In this document: positions 1 through 13,940 of the stretch, in pieces
How positions within the stretch are numbered: position 1 is the first letter of the stretch
How the letters are laid out: every line of letters starts with the position of its first letter
From: an uncultured virus (IMG/VR IMGVR_UViG_3300017970_000189)
Taxonomy: Duplodnaviria > Heunggongvirae > Uroviricota > Caudoviricetes
Virus record (IMG/VR): IMGVR_UViG_3300017970_000189
Length of the DNA: 64,000 bases
Strand: one strand, 5' to 3'
The notes under the pieces: model-generated
Database searches by the model: none
Told to the model about the DNA's origin: nothing
Seen by the model: only the letters and a program-made list of their open reading frames with translations
Made by a program: the position numbers and the translations under genes

Positions 1-346
1 TCACGGCGATCTCCGATCGATAAAATCAAGAAGCTTTGTAGGAAAGGTGTGGAATCCACATTTCTCTACGCCCTGGTAGATCCAGGAATGGAAGACGCTT
101 GGGGTTACATTCCCAGCGGCATCGATATCATGCCCTTGCTTCTTATCCCCATAGCTCTGCCAAAGGGTAGCAAACTCTCCGCAGTCCGGGCACCTGGCAT
201 AGATGGTCCGCCAAAGGCGCCTTATTGCAGCAGAGTCCTGCTCCACCCAAGCCCATTCGCCTCGCTCGATTTTATTCGCATCAGCCACGAGCCCGTCGAC
301 GCTCGCCGCCGCGCGCTTGAATTCGTAGGCTCCGGTCCGAGGCATT

Positions 347-742
347 TCACTCTCTCATGGGCCCTAAGGTAAAAAAGCCCGGACCCTTAATCGATTTTCC
401 AATAACCAACGATGCATTAATCGTCTGAAAGACCTCCGCTTTCTTCTTGCGCGCGGCCCAAAGCCGGTGACCGCCATCCACGAACATCCCATGAGCTATC
501 ACCACCGGAGGGAATTCTTCGATAGGCGTATGGAGATAGCGTTCAAATTCCCGGTAATCCCATGGTTCTTCTGGAAGATCTGGAAACTTCTCAAGAGGAA
601 TCATGGAGAGCGGCAGCTTGATCTTCTTAAACCGCTCGAAATCCAGATCATCCTTCATTGGGAATCCATGGGTATCCATCGCCATCTGTCCGAGAAGGAC
701 CTGCATGTCCTCTGGAAGGTCTCCGATCTTGATCTTTTTCAC
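347..742 (-). CDS. ParB/sulfiredoxin-like N-terminal domain protein
   Basis: Motif PPVVI-x5-VDGGHRLWAA matches the ParB/Srx GxxR motif; start moved to GTG 742, just after the upstream stop at 745-747. Confidence 0.55.
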   Translation of the reverse strand: MKKIKIGDLPEDMQVLLGQMAMDTHGFPMKDDLDFERFKKIKLPLSMIPLEKFPDLPEEPWDYREFERYLHTPIEEFPPVVIAHGMFVDGGHRLWAARKKKAEVFQTINASLVIGKSIKGPGFFTLGPMRE

Positions 743-3700
743 GGCTAGAACTGCGGAGGATGGTATTCCCGGTCTTCCAGGACGCTGGAGACGTTCTGGC
801 TGCAAGCTGCTTCCAGCTTGGCTGGATCGCGCTTCCCGCAAAGCGCGCAGACCGCGTAGATCACGATCCGCTTCTTCTCCCCCGCCTCCGTGATCACCGT
901 GCCGTCGGGGATGTAGACCCCGATCGCGTACAGGAATTCGGCCTTCTTGACGACCAGGCAGCCGGCGCAGTTGAACTCGCCCTCTTCCCGGACGTTGCCC
1001 GCCAAGCGCCGGACCGCGGCGTTCAGGGCCTCTTCCGAGAACTCAATTCCTGTTTCCATCTGTTAGAAGGATACCCTCTCCCCACGAGATCCAGCCACTG
1101 AAACCAGCATGATGTTACTTTTTGCTCCATCATGCCATAGCTCCAGCAGGGCTTTAGCTTTAGCAAGTCGTCATGATTTGCGTCTCCATTTTCTTGGCCA
1201 CGCCGTTACACCGCGCCAGTTATCACGGTCCATGGTACGCTCTTTATCCCGCAGGCGCTTGATCGCTTTAGCCGATGTCTTGACCAACCCCTCGGAGACG
1301 CGCTTCAGCTTTGGATCTAAGTCCATACTCGCCTCAACGGATCCGACGTTTCTTGGTCCGCTCCTTGGACTGGAGATGCTCCAGCATCGCCTTTCGATCT
1401 TCCTCGGCAACCGCACGTCGCAGCCAATCCGTAGCCACCTCCCATGCGATGCTTCGATAGGAGAAGCCTGAATTGGACATGACGGCCAGCACCTTTTCGG
1501 CGGCTTGCTTCAGCGTGGGAATGCGATAGACGCTTCCAAGGTCGCGGGCATCCCAACATTCCCCGTCGTCACACTTGATCCATGGCACTTTCTGGCCGTC
1601 TTTGGAGAGACTGGTTATTGTCCCCGGCTTTCCGGCGACCCAGACGCGGTCCCCGATCTTCAGGGAGTCTTCAGCTTTTTTCTTTGCCATATAGCTCAAT
1701 CACGCCAGAAGGAGGAATAATGGCGTCTATCCCATACTTTCAGGACAAAGGTATTCGGCTTCGCGCCGCAGCCACGACAGACCCAAAAGTCAATGACGCC
1801 TCGAACCAAATCGACCGGCTCGCCCCGCTCAGTCCCTCGACAATGATGCTGCATCATCTTTGGTCCGCGCTGATCGATTCCTTGGAGCCAGAAAGACCAG
1901 CGGCTAATACGCCACTTCTTGAACCAAGAGACTTCACGAATTGCATTCAGCATTGCGTTCAATCCTGTTTTCCAATGATCTTGTGAGTCAGCCGGTGTGC
2001 CTCCTCCATGAGGAGCGGAAGGCAGCATTCCATACACCACGGCTCATATCTGTTGAGCCCGTCCACCAGAACCAAGTGCATCCGACCGCCCGGATATACC
2101 TTCTTCAGGCCATCCTTGCGGTCACAATTCAAGCAGCAGACGTGTTCCTGTTCCACTTCGACTCTGCCAAGGAGTTTGTGATTCAGATTCGCCAATGTCA
2201 TGAACTGTGCTCCCGCTTTTCGATGAGAGACTCCTCCCCGATAAACTTTCCAGAGGGGTCATACCGCTCGACGGTAACTATTCGGTCTACCCTCCCTAGT
2301 ATGTCCAAAATCCGAGACACGTCTCCACCAATCCGATGAAAGGCTTCGGCTCGCAAGTCAATGTATCCGTCAGCAGTATAGAACAGCTTGATTACCATCT
2401 AATCGTCCCCTTCCTGCGCGAGGATCGCATCATAGACTGCGAAGCAATGTGGGCAGACGTCCTCAAACCAAAGGTCGGCCCCCGATTCCGCTTCGCAGAA
2501 TTGGCACCGATAAGTATTTTCGCTCTCACGCGAGTACACAATTAGGATCGTGCTTCTCGTCCTCTGCCTTCCCGCATAGGTCGCAGAGGTGGTAGTTCCG
2601 GTCGCTCGGATCGTTCCAGACCATGACCCGCGCCTTCAGAGCCTCCCGGAGCCTGACGTTCTCGCTCGTCACGTCGGCCCGCTTGCCCATGTCGAAGCCC
2701 TTCTCCAGCGCGGCCTGGAGGTGGAGCGCGATCGACTCCTCGACGGTCTTCCCCTTGGCGAAGAAGCGACCCCCTACGATGGCCGCCCGGATCTCCTCCG
2801 TGCTATACCACTGTGGAGCTTTGGTATTCGTCATAACGTTCATCTGTTCAGTTCAATGCTGATGACGGGAGTTCCGACGTCCTGAGAGTGCGTCACGCTG
2901 ACGACCTTCAGGCTTTCCCCGTTCTTGTTCTGGATGCGGTCCCCGACTCTCGGGAGCACCCAGAATTCCGTAGGCCAATCGGTCCCACGGAAGCCATCAA
3001 TGTTCGTATGGCAGGAAATCTTCACGCCCAGCATTTCTCTTCTCCTTTGCAATCGTCTCGACTCGGGTTATTCCCTAGGGCTTCGAATTCTGCGCCTCAG
3101 AACCGCTGGCTTTGTGAATCCAAATCTCGCGGTCTTTGAGGGTGCCGTCCTCATAATGCAGACAGCCGTCGTAATACAGATCGAAAAAACTCAGGCAATC
3201 GAAAGCGGCATCCGCCATGCCACGCCGCTTTACCCCCTCATCCTCCCCGGGCGTATTGGAAATATCGAGGACGCGCTCCAAGGCATCTCGGTGCGCCCAG
3301 AAGACCGCGTTGATACAGCTTGGACAAATGTGACCTATACTAGCCTTCGCATTTGTCATGATTTTCGGTCCCTGAAGAATATCCACTCGACCCTGCACCA
3401 GCGGCAGACCACCCGACGCTTGTTCTTGGTGGCAATGACATTGTTGCAGCAGTTGCAAAAGAACCGAAGAATTCGATACATAGAATAGCTCAATCACTTT
3501 CCGAATATTCCGTCCAGACTTCCCCACGCCTCCTCAGAGTATGGCCAATTCCGGACGACCGACAGATATTCATCTCGGCTAACCCCAAGAGCTTTGCAGG
3601 CTCGCCGCATAAACACAGATTTACTACTGCCAGACAGTTGCTCCCAAGTCTGTCCCGCTGGCCAACAGCCAGGATCTCTCTCTAGGTTTGCTTTTGCGAG

Positions 3701-4042
3701 ACACTCTTTTGCTTTGGCTACGATATTTGCGTAGTGCTCAAGAAACTCTGATTCTGTCTGCGCCATAGCGTTCAATTCGCTTCCTTCTTGCACTCGGAGC
3801 ATTTGTCCCCGTGCATGCATGGATGACAGGTCGGGCACTCGACCGGGGGTTTGACCATGAAGGTCCAGCCGTGCCCGCAGGGATAGGTCTTTTCTTCCGG
3901 CTTCTCCATTGCAATCCTACATGCACTTTTTACAGACGGACATCCGACACTTCCGCATACCTGGATGAGGCTTGCATGGGCACTTCACCCGATCAGGTCC
4001 CATCCGCCCACATTTCCAGCACCTTTTCCAGTCAGGTTTTTT

Positions 4043-4246
4043 TCAATTTTCCTCTTCATTGATCTCGGACGCCTTCCAGTTCTCTTCATTCGCGTCCTGC
4101 CAGCCTGCCACCCAGGACTTGAAGGCTAGGGTCTTGTCGGGCCACGGATTCGACTGAAGAGACCGCCCATTGGCGAATGCCCGCCGCCCATCGCGGTAGA
4201 ACTTCTTGTTGAATTCGACGCTCTCAGATCGGTCCATGCAGCTCAA
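4043..4246 (-). CDS. Rmf/CrpP-like small protein
   Basis: Pattern Y-x2-G-x2-A-x3-G-x5-NPW-x8-W-x2-GW resembles the ribosome modulation factor-like family. Confidence 0.5.
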   Translation of the reverse strand: MSCMDRSESVEFNKKFYRDGRRAFANGRSLQSNPWPDKTLAFKSWVAGWQDANEENWKASEINEEEN

Positions 4247-4909
4247 TCCTTATGCGCGTTCTCTTTGCGGGCCTTGGTCATTGCTCGCCGAACCTTGGGA
4301 ATCTCACCTTCGACCCACCGCCGAGCCTCATTCCGCGTCTTAAATCCAAACTGGATACGACCGATGTAGGGCCAGTGCCCGAATGCTCCCATGCTGCCGT
4401 GGTTTTCGATGTTACCAACGTAGGTCTTCTTGTCGTGGGCGTTCATATAGACGTGCGCCTCGACGAACGGATCCCGACATACCCGGCGCGAGAGCCCTTT
4501 CCCTAAGGCCCCGTGCCAGGACTTCTGCCACCGGAATCCGTTTTGCTTCGTCATTTTTTTTCCTGGAGATTCAATTCCCCCACGGGACGGTGCCGGGAGG
4601 CGACAGGCCTCCGACAGGGTCCGAGTCGCAGTCAACACCGCCCCGTGGGGGAATCCCGTCCTTTCGGTAATTCTATGCCTAGTCGCCGTTCAGGTAGCGC
4701 ACCATCGTATTGAGGGATTCGTAGGCTTTCCGGACTTCCGGAGTCCATTTGTCCAAGGAGGCGGCGCCCCAGCGACTCTCCATCAGTTTCATGAGCGCCA
4801 TGGCCGACGCAGCAACGCCAGCCTGATCCATCGGGGCCGCAAGCTTGGCCGCGTACTTCCTCTTGGCGTCGTCGTCCATCGTCCATCCACTCCGACCGTC
4901 ACGCCAGAA

Positions 4910-4938
4910 AGTGTACGATGTCCACCTGTGATAGTCAA
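4910..4938 (-). promoter_or_regulatory. sigma70-like promoter TTGACT-N17-TACACT
   Basis: Intergenic, upstream of ORF 4679..4879; near-twin of the promoter at 32827..32855. Confidence 0.7.
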
Positions 4939-4999
4939 ATGAAATATAACCTTTTTGTGAATAGCTTTCCCGAGGAAGGCCCTAGGGCCCCGGATCCAT

Positions 5000-5254
5000 T
5001 CAAAGCAGCTTGATGCCGGCTCTTTCTGGAACGTTGGATTTTATGGGCGCCCCGATCACCTGCTTCGGCCGCTTGAATATATACATACCCCCGACGGGAG
5101 CCTCATAATTCCCAGGAGCACGCGGGGTTGGCAGGATCGAGACCAATTCCCAACCCTGGTTTCCCAATCCATTGAGCTGTTCCTTCACCTTGGCTATTGA
5201 TTCAGCCAAAGTATTCAGAAACACAATATTTTCCATCGTATACTCCCACTCCAC
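5000..5254 (-). CDS. DUF4177-like small protein
   Basis: WEY...LNGLGNQGWELV motif; GTG start at 5254 preceded by AAGGAGG. Confidence 0.55.
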   Translation of the reverse strand: MEWEYTMENIVFLNTLAESIAKVKEQLNGLGNQGWELVSILPTPRAPGNYEAPVGGMYIFKRPKQVIGAPIKSNVPERAGIKLL

Positions 5255-5299
5255 GATCGCCTCCTTCCTTTTCCTCATCCGGTCGGTTATACTTTCCGC

Positions 5300-5539
5300 A
5301 TGGCCCGGAGCTTCTTCCAACCCGCTTTTTTCACCCCCAGGATCGGCGCAAGCACCTCAAAAAGCCTGATTCAGCAGGCGACCGGTTTCATCCCAGGAAG
5401 TCCAACAGCCACCACCGCTCCCCCTCTCCAGGCTCCCGTCGAAGAAAACACGATCCTGGGGATGCCTCCCCTGGCCGCGCTCCTGGGAGGCACTGCGATC
5501 CTAGGCACCATCGTGGCCCTGGCCCTGGGCCACAAATAG
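5300..5539 (+). CDS. Small C-terminally anchored membrane protein (isolated plus-strand gene in the minus block)
   Basis: Pro/Thr linker then hydrophobic tail PPLAALLGGTAILGTIVALALGHK; TATACT lies 6 nt upstream of the ATG. Confidence 0.65.
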   Translation: MARSFFQPAFFTPRIGASTSKSLIQQATGFIPGSPTATTAPPLQAPVEENTILGMPPLAALLGGTAILGTIVALALGHK

Positions 5540-7678
5540 TTTTTCCTGGGACGTGACGAAGTTCTCCCACTCGCCCATTTCTTCGATGCCCTTCGCCCTC
5601 ATCAAGCGCGAAGCCAGAATGATCGCATCCCGCTCCTGGTACTTCCCCAGCCAATGGAGCACGTCAGCGGTCTTCTGCAGCTTTTCCCAAAGCTTTTCTC
5701 CCATGGTCTCTCCTTTCCTCGCCTCGAAACGATTTCGCGCTTTTCGACCGGCACAAAGGACAAATGCGAGGTTCCTCTTTGGATCTGCGTGTCCAGTCGA
5801 AGCCGCAACCATGATCATTGCACTTCCACCGATATACTTTCACCTCTCACCTTTTGAAAAATGGCGCTATACACTCATTCCAAAAGTGATCAGGTCCAAC
5901 GTAAGTTGACCTTTCGACCAAAGCCTGTAGCCTTTTCCAATCCTCCTTGTGGTAATCGCCACTCTTTGCATCACCCCAGCATTTATGGAAAAGGTGATAG
6001 GCTTCTCGCTTTTCCGCAATAGACAGCTCCTTCGGGTCATTCATATTCACCTTATGGTAGATTGGCGCGAATCTGCCAGACGGCTGGCTTCATTGAACCC
6101 TGAGATATAGGCTTCCCTTAGCGCAGCGACAAAGTGCTCCTGGCTCATCGTCACAAAATTGGATTCCATCTTCGTGTTCTGAGCGATCACTTTTGCTACT
6201 CGTACTGCCTCGTCGCTTGCTGTCATCATCTTGGAACCTCTTATTAACCAATCGGATGCCAACCTGGCGGGTATTCAATCGAAACATGGGGTTTCCCACG
6301 CTCGTCTTTGTACCGATCGAGTTCGATATGCCACCAACCCAACAGTGAATTCGGATTGGGGCAAGTGCAGGTCTTGCATTCGAAATGAACTCGCTCTGGA
6401 AGCAGCTCCCGCGTTTCCGAACCGACAACCGTCCCCGTCAAGTCCCCCCTCTTGACCCGCATTCCAATAGGAGGTGGATCCCACGGAGCGAACACCGCCT
6501 CCGGCCAATGCGTTTTGTAGTCACCGCATTTTTCAAACATCTTTTCTTGAAGCGTCATGGCTCCCTCCCTTTCAGTGAATCTCACCCTTTTGCCGAAAAG
6601 TGAGATCCAGGCATCTCCGTCCCAAAGGCCTTTCTCCAGGTGATTTTTGCCGCCTCATCATTCGCCCTGAGCAATTGAATATCATGGAATCGGAACGGCC
6701 TCTCGTCATCAGGATCGGGACATCCCGAGGCACATTCCCAGAACAGCGTCTCCACATCCACGCTCCGGTCACTCCGGCGGTAGCACGACACCGCAGTCCT
6801 GATCATCACAGGCACACCGCAAAGGGGGCAATCCGGGGGATTGTAATCTTTCATGGAAGCTTCTCTCCGCAGTAGGGGCAGTACCAGATGGTCACAATGT
6901 ACTCACTCCGGACGCCGATCACCCACATCTCATAATCTGAATCATAAACCGGCAATCCTTGAGAGCCCTCAAGACCCGAAAGATCTTTATTTGGACAATC
7001 GTGAATCTTGATAGGATCCCAAGGAATCGTCGGGTAGAACTGATCCGGCGCTGGCCCGCTCCAAACACGATGGGGACTTTCCGTCCAGACTCCCTCCATC
7101 GTCTGATAGAGATCGCATCCCTTACAGAAAAGTTTCCGATCCTGAGGATTGCTAAAAACCTCTAAAACAGAAGAGCAGCACCGCGGGCACTTCAGCACTT
7201 CGGTCATCATTTCATCGTCTCCGTATTTAGCGACCCAAGACAAAATGCTCGCGATGGTGAGCACAACAGTCTCCGCCGCAGGGGTTTCGTGACAATCTCC
7301 ATTCTCCTTTATGCTGCCATACCCGGATTCCGGTATGTTTTTCGGAGAGATCCTTGACCATATTGGCAATTCTCCTGGGCATTTTCATTTTACTTCCCCC
7401 CCCTTATTGGCGTCCGCTTGCTTCGACAGGAATGAATGAGCCTTCCAGTCCGAAACATACTCCAACTCATACCCGCCGGGATACTTTTTCCGGTATTCCT
7501 CATGCTTGCTCGTGCTGCCATCGACGACCCCCATGTCCCACTGACCCCAACCTTCGTTGCTGGAGATATGGCCGGTGATCTCCTCTCCATCTTCGGCTAC
7601 GGCAAGATAAAGACAGTCGCCTTCGGGATTCGGACGAACTGGGAATACGAAAATCTTTGACATCATCTCCCCCTCCCC

Positions 7679-8023
7679 TTAAGCGAATTCCTTGTCCGCC
7701 TTGTCGGCTTCCAGCCAGGTGATCGGCTTTCCCAATTTCACCGCATGACGAAGCTCGTTCCGAGTCGAGTCCCCGATATATCCCCCGATGTTGATCACGC
7801 GGACCTCGTCGGCCATCGCCACCTTGTGCAGGTAAAGGTCGTCGATGACCTTCTTGATCTTATCGCCCTCCCGTTCCGCGCCGTGAGAAAAAGCGACCGG
7901 GCTGTTCAGGACGTTCCAGTGGATGACGAGGATCCCGAGCTTGGTCAAGCGCCAGGCCTCGTCCAGCATCTCCCCGGTAAAGCGCGTGGATCCGCAAAGT
8001 GTGATGATCTTCGGCTTTTTCAT
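7679..8023 (-). CDS. Nucleoside 2-deoxyribosyltransferase-like (phage) protein
   Basis: ITLCGSTRF...HKVAMADEVRVINIGGYIGDSTRNE pattern. Confidence 0.55.
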   Translation of the reverse strand: MKKPKIITLCGSTRFTGEMLDEAWRLTKLGILVIHWNVLNSPVAFSHGAEREGDKIKKVIDDLYLHKVAMADEVRVINIGGYIGDSTRNELRHAVKLGKPITWLEADKADKEFA

Positions 8024-8269
8024 CCTTCGATGTACCCCAGCTCAAACCAACGCTCGATAATCCGGCCAACCGCCACGGGAAGCGGATCCGAGACCATACC
8101 GCGGGCAATCAGATCCTTGGCAATCTTAATAGCCTCCGTCATCACTTGATCGACTTCCTGTTCCGATGGCATCACTTCCCTCCCTTGGTCTTCACGCAGC
8201 GTTTGCACCGGCATTGGCAGCCCGGGAGATTGCACCTTCTCCGGCTGCAATGTCCGCTTTCAAGCCTGT

Positions 8270-8563
8270 TCATTTGGGCATCACCACGGGATCCGGGATC
8301 GGATGGCATACCCCCCGCTCCATCTCGCTCAGCACGCTCGGCTGCATCCGCCGGCGCTTCGCCTCCTCCCGGAGCGACATCCCCCTCGCCTGCCGGTTTT
8401 CCTTCATCTTCTTCCCGAGCGGCACCCAGGCCTTTGCCATCTCCTCGGGAACCTCTCCCGTCCCATGACAGGTGATGCACGGGATCGTGATCGGTTTCAG
8501 GCCGGGGCATCCAAAACCGCTGAGCTGCTTCGATCCCTTGCAGTCCGGACAGATGATGTTCAT
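8270..8563 (-). CDS. DnaJ-type zinc finger fused to XRE-like HTH
   Basis: CPDCKGS...CITCHGTG repeats followed by RQARGMSLREEAKRRRMQPSVLSEMERG. Confidence 0.6.
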   Translation of the reverse strand: MNIICPDCKGSKQLSGFGCPGLKPITIPCITCHGTGEVPEEMAKAWVPLGKKMKENRQARGMSLREEAKRRRMQPSVLSEMERGVCHPIPDPVVMPK

Positions 8564-11500
8564 TACTTTTCAGCCTCTTTCTTTTTTCGATCCTTATCGA
8601 TCAGGTTGACGGCATCAGCAAAACCCATTCCCCCGTGTTTCAGTCTACAGCCGTCGTGCAAGACTCTGTAGTAATCGCGATCATCCTCGGCATGGATGAG
8701 ATTGTCATACAATTCTTCAATGAGAGCCCGGTCCTTGGGTTCCGGGGTCCTATGGATGAGATCCTGGACTTTCCTCCCGTACTCACAGACCGGACACTTG
8801 CATTTCACTTAGTATTTCCTTTCGTTGGTCCCTGCTTACCAAGGCACAAAGGGCAGCGCAGCATATGCCACAAGTAATAGACCAAACAAACAGACCAAAC
8901 AATCGCGAGCCCTATTGCAAATGCGTACCCAAACGTCATGAATCCTCCGCGCGGTTTTCGAGGTGCAGCCCACATTCGAGGGCTGCGGCCAATCCCTGAC
9001 AGAACCCGCGAAGGTGTGCCGTTTTGAATCGCTCCTCAACTCGCTCAAATGATTCCAATATCCAGCGGGCTGCAGCTTCGCTTGTCGCCTTTTCCTGAGG
9101 CGTCAGCGTGCGGGTAGGCTTGGATACCGGATCTCTTCTTTGAGGCATCTGCGACACCTTCTCAGTTTGATCGCCCCGCCTATCTGGAAGATCCATTTCC
9201 ACTCCCAATCGTGCTTTTTGAAATAGTTTGTACACACGTAATAGCTCAAACCGCTTCTTGTTTTGAGGGCCACCGCTCCCAGTAATCCACCGCGCCCTTC
9301 AGCACCTTTGGCATGAACCTGATCTCTCCAAGGCCCACCGGGATCGTTGCTGTCTGCCCATCAGCGAAGCGCAGCGGGGCTCGAATTGGTCTGGCGTCGT
9401 CGCCATCTCGCCAGTCGAGCGTCCACCCATTCGGAACCTCCAGCAGAAGGCAGTTGCCCACGTTGCGAATCGGCATCCATGGGTGTTTCGGTACTCGCAT
9501 AAACGTTCCTACCTCTTCGTCTTTTCTAGAATAGCGATTGCTTTCTGACGAAGTTCCTCGGGTTGGCCCGCACGTTCGTCAACGATCTCGTTGAGGATCC
9601 AGCACCGAAGGGTCTGGTACTGATAAGCCAAGTCCTCGATGATCGGCTCCGGCCTGTTTTCAGGATGTGTCATTGCGTTCATCCATGAATCCAACCTAAG
9701 ATCTCCAGTACCATTCCCGAGAAGCGCATCCACCACCGCTTTCGAGGGCTCGCCTCCAGGTAGGCGTAGAAGGCGTCCCACTCCTCTTGTGTGTGGCGGC
9801 CCTTCACGAACTCAACCATCCAGGGCTCCGGTGCTTCCCACTGCGCCATAGTAATCAATCCCGTCTACAAATCGGATCCCGACAATGCTCGGCGTGGCAG
9901 CTCGGGCACCAGACATAGACGCCGCTCGACGTTATCGAGTGGTGCGGTCCGATACCGTAGCATCGATTGAGCCTCCCACCGCACAGCGGGCAAAGCCCAC
10001 GGATCAGCCGCCAAAGCTCAACAAAAAATGCTTTCATAAATACTAAAATTCCAGATCCTCTTTTTCGACGCGCTCGATGAATTGCTGCACGATGAAATTA
10101 AAATCGTTGTCGTGCTCTTTGAGGTATTTGATCGCAAGACGCAGATCCGTTCGGAGTCGCTGCTGATCGCAGACGATCTTGTCTAAAAACTGACAGGCGT
10201 CGATCTCGGTCTCTCTTGAGACTGGCCCCGGAACAGTCCAGCGCCTCCCGGTCATGACGAAATAAGCCTCGACCGGATCGAGGCCCCCGCGTTCGGCCAG
10301 TCGTTCTAACGTCTGCTGGTGATTCTCCAGCGCGTGACCCTCGTATGGGGCGATGGCGTCCCAAGGGATCGACGATGGGCAGGGAGCAGGTGTCCCTTGA
10401 TAGCCTACCATGATCGGAAACCGCTTCATCATTCGTATCTCGCTCAATCAAGAAAGCGGAAACGGACGAAGGCGACACCGACGACAACGGGAGTCTCGAA
10501 TCCACCTATTCTTCGGGAACCGCTCACCAAGAATCTCCCACTCATGTCCAACGATCCAGCACCAAACTCCAACAATCCAGCACCCAACGCGCCTCATGGT
10601 AATCCCTTAGGTGCATCCGACCAAGCCAGCAAGCAATGGCGGGGATGTAACCGTTCCCGGCCGTCTTCCCAAAGGACCTGCACTGTCCGATCAAGCTCCG
10701 GATCCGAAAAATCGTCATGGACGACAAGCCCGTAGTACGGATTGAAGCGATCCGCGCCGCGAGCCGCCAGGCCGACCAACATGACCTCTTCTCCGGGCTC
10801 AAGTTTTCTATTCGTCATAGCCCGTCTTCACTGGTATCGAAATCTACCGAACTTTCTTGGTCGGGATTGCTGGTTTTCTGAGCACGAATCTTTCCGGCCA
10901 GCCTGTATAAGGTTTGATGGCCAAATCCCTCGCAGAAGCCGTTCAGATGCCGCTTAGGGCCTTCCTTACCGCAGCAGAACGACTTCTCAACGCACTTCTC
11001 GATAATCTTAGCCGCGGCTTCCAGGCCGTTATTAAAGCCGCGATCTTTTTGGGCGTTCCCGGATGTCATGATTTTCCCTCACGATTGGGGTCCCAAGCGG
11101 GTTCAATCTTCAGCACTCGGAAGTACGGGTCTTTCGGGAATAATCCCTCGCGTAATACTTCAACCTGGTACCGGGCATCCTGGGCCGTGTAGGCATAGAG
11201 GTATTGAATATCCCGTTTGCACCCGCCGGAATCAGAGTCCATCCTGTAGAACTCCACAGCATAGAAGTTAGCGTTCGTCATACGGCTCAATCAGAGAATT
11301 TGTGGTTGCGAATTCTAGTCTCCAGTACCGCCGGATCTACGAAACCAATTCCTGATGCGCCACCAGAGCGATTCCTTTGGAGGTGGCCTTGGAACCCAGC
11401 CTCCTTCAACCCTCATCCAGCTTGAGGGGTCAGCCCCTTTGAAGGGCCCCCATGTTGAGAACCCTCCACACTCCTTGTTGACGCAGACATTTGTGACTCT

Positions 11501-12486
11501 CGTCCATGGAGTACCACAGAGGACGCACACTAGTTCTTTCATCATTCCCTCGGCCTATCGGGTAGCTGCCGCTCGTATTCGCTACTGCTCCAGCCCGAGC
11601 TGGCCGTCACAGCGGTATTTTGACAGCTACCCGATGGACCGACATTCTCCTCACGATTGGGCAGGAAGAGGAGTCTCACTCTTCCTGGTTCATGTCCAAC
11701 AGGATCTTCGCCACGACCGAATCGGCCTTGTACTTCTCGAGCTGCTCGCGCAGCCATTGGCGTTGCCGGCGGGCACCCTCACTGACACCCCGCTCAAACG
11801 CATCCTCGAGCTCACGCTTGACGGAGATGTAGATACCCTCGTAGCACTGCTCGAGTTTATTCATTTCTCACCTTTCAGCGCTTTCGCGCGGCGCACCTGT
11901 TCTTCAGATCCACATAAGCCCGGCTGAAATCCCGACTACAGATGACGCATAGGTCGATCTTCTCGAATTTCCATTTCAGTTTCTCATCGTCGGTGAACAG
12001 TGGTATGCGAAGCGTGGTCCCTTGAGGCCCAACAAGCGTCCCCTCTCTCAGAGTATCGTAAACCCCCGGAATCTTTTCCCCACAGCAATCGCAGATGGTG
12101 ATGTCCATGCGCTCACCTTTCAAAGGATTGACGCGCTGTACGGTCCAACCGACTCTCCCACCCGGGCTTGAATCCAAGCTTTACCAGGGCGTTGTCAATG
12201 GTGATGAGAAGATGACCCCGGCTGCCCCCCGTAAACCTTCCAGGCTCGATCGAAAGCCCTTCAACTTCCATCCGGATCTCCAGCAGGTACTTCTCAACAT
12301 CCTTCCGCTTCATAATTCCCCACTTCGGTGCGCTACCACCTCGGATCCTTTATGTCCGGTCTGGGGATCGGCCTCGCCATCCTGTAAGCTGGGCATCCTT
12401 TCCTCTGACACGAATAGACGCCCAACCCTCTCCATTTATGAAGACCGAACCAACAAAGAATTTTACCCACGGTTCACCCATCCTCA

Positions 12487-12711
12487 CTAAGATGTCACCC
12501 TCGGCATATTCCACATCCTGACGGAGGCCTTCTGCAACTTCCTCTCGGTAGGTAGCGAGTAGAAGTAACTTTCGCCTTCAGGGAGAGGAGGGGGTCCGTT
12601 TGCGCCGCATCCTTGGCACTGGAGCATAGGTCCGCGCTCCGAGGAACAGAATCTCCTTCCGGTGGGTCTTTTTCCACAAAACGGACAAGGTTTATTCACC
12701 CCTTTTGCCAT
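12487..12711 (-). CDS. Lar-like restriction alleviation zinc-ribbon protein
   Basis: KPCPFCG...CQGCGANGP...WN pattern. Confidence 0.55.
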   Translation of the reverse strand: MAKGVNKPCPFCGKRPTGRRFCSSERGPMLQCQGCGANGPPPLPEGESYFYSLPTERKLQKASVRMWNMPRVTS

Positions 12712-13940
12712 CGTGTCTCCCCACCTAAATCGTCACACGTTCAAATAAGGATAGAGGATCGACTCTCCGCTTCTTCCGAAGCTCCTCACAGAACTGCTCA
12801 GCATCCTTTCTCGCCTGTTCCAAAGAAGCGCGGCCCGCAGGAGTGGAAAGATACCCAGTGATTCGTCTAATCATCCGGTCCACCTCGCGCTTCCTCACGC
12901 CTTCAATCCTTGCTCAAGTGAAATTCGGACCACGAATACCGGCAAGGATACGCTTGACCACAAAAACTACCCGATCATAATCGAACTCGTTATTCCCTTT
13001 CTCGATACCCTCAAGAATCTTCTCGATGCCATCCACGATGCGATCCCGTTCCTCCTGAGCCCCGTGCCTTCTTTCGGCACCAATCGCCCCCTCCACCTGG
13101 CTCCTCCACGATGAATGCTTAGGAATATCGCCCCCGAACAATCCCCAGAGAAGATCCTGAGCAGACTCCTCGATTGTTTGATGTCTAATCTTCATGTTTA
13201 AGCGAACTCCTTCCGAGTTTTCCACGGTTCGGTGCCGTTCTTTCGGTTTTTGCGGATGTCCGCTACTAAATGCCGCGCCATCTTTCGACGTTCCTCGTAG
13301 GTACGGAGACCGCTGTTCATTCTATGGATATGGTATTTCACCGCATCGGCTGGACGGCACATCGGACAAGGAACGTCCTCATCGGGCTCGTAGAGATTTC
13401 CCTTGTCGTCGCAGTTGTCGGCGTCGTAGAGTTTCCCATCGATGCAGACCGAATCGGGGTAGCTCGCCCCGAACTCGTAGCCCTGGTAATTGCACATTTT
13501 CAAGCTCCTCGACCGGTAACACGACGCCAAACCTTTTTCCAGCCACAACACTTCCGACAATGGAGTTGAGGCGGGATCCCATATTTCTCCGCTGCACAAC
13601 ATCCAAGCGGCGCGACCCGACTGCACAGTCGGCAGATAGATGTCACGAATGTCACTTCGAACCTTCCAGATTTTGTGCTCATCGTGATTGGTAGGTATGC
13701 ACAGAGCCGGTAACTTCCACTTCATTGACAACTTCAACTCGGATTTGGGCATTCTCTCCATCAACTTCGTATTTATTTTTGTCGCCATCAAGCCTCTTCA
13801 AAGGATGAACCATCAGCATATCTAGCTTTTCGTTCAACTCCTTTAGGCCCTTGTCTATGGAGAACAGATAATCCATCAGACGGCCGATCTGCGTTTCATT
13901 CACTTTATCCCTCCTCTACACGAATTTCATATTTTGGCTG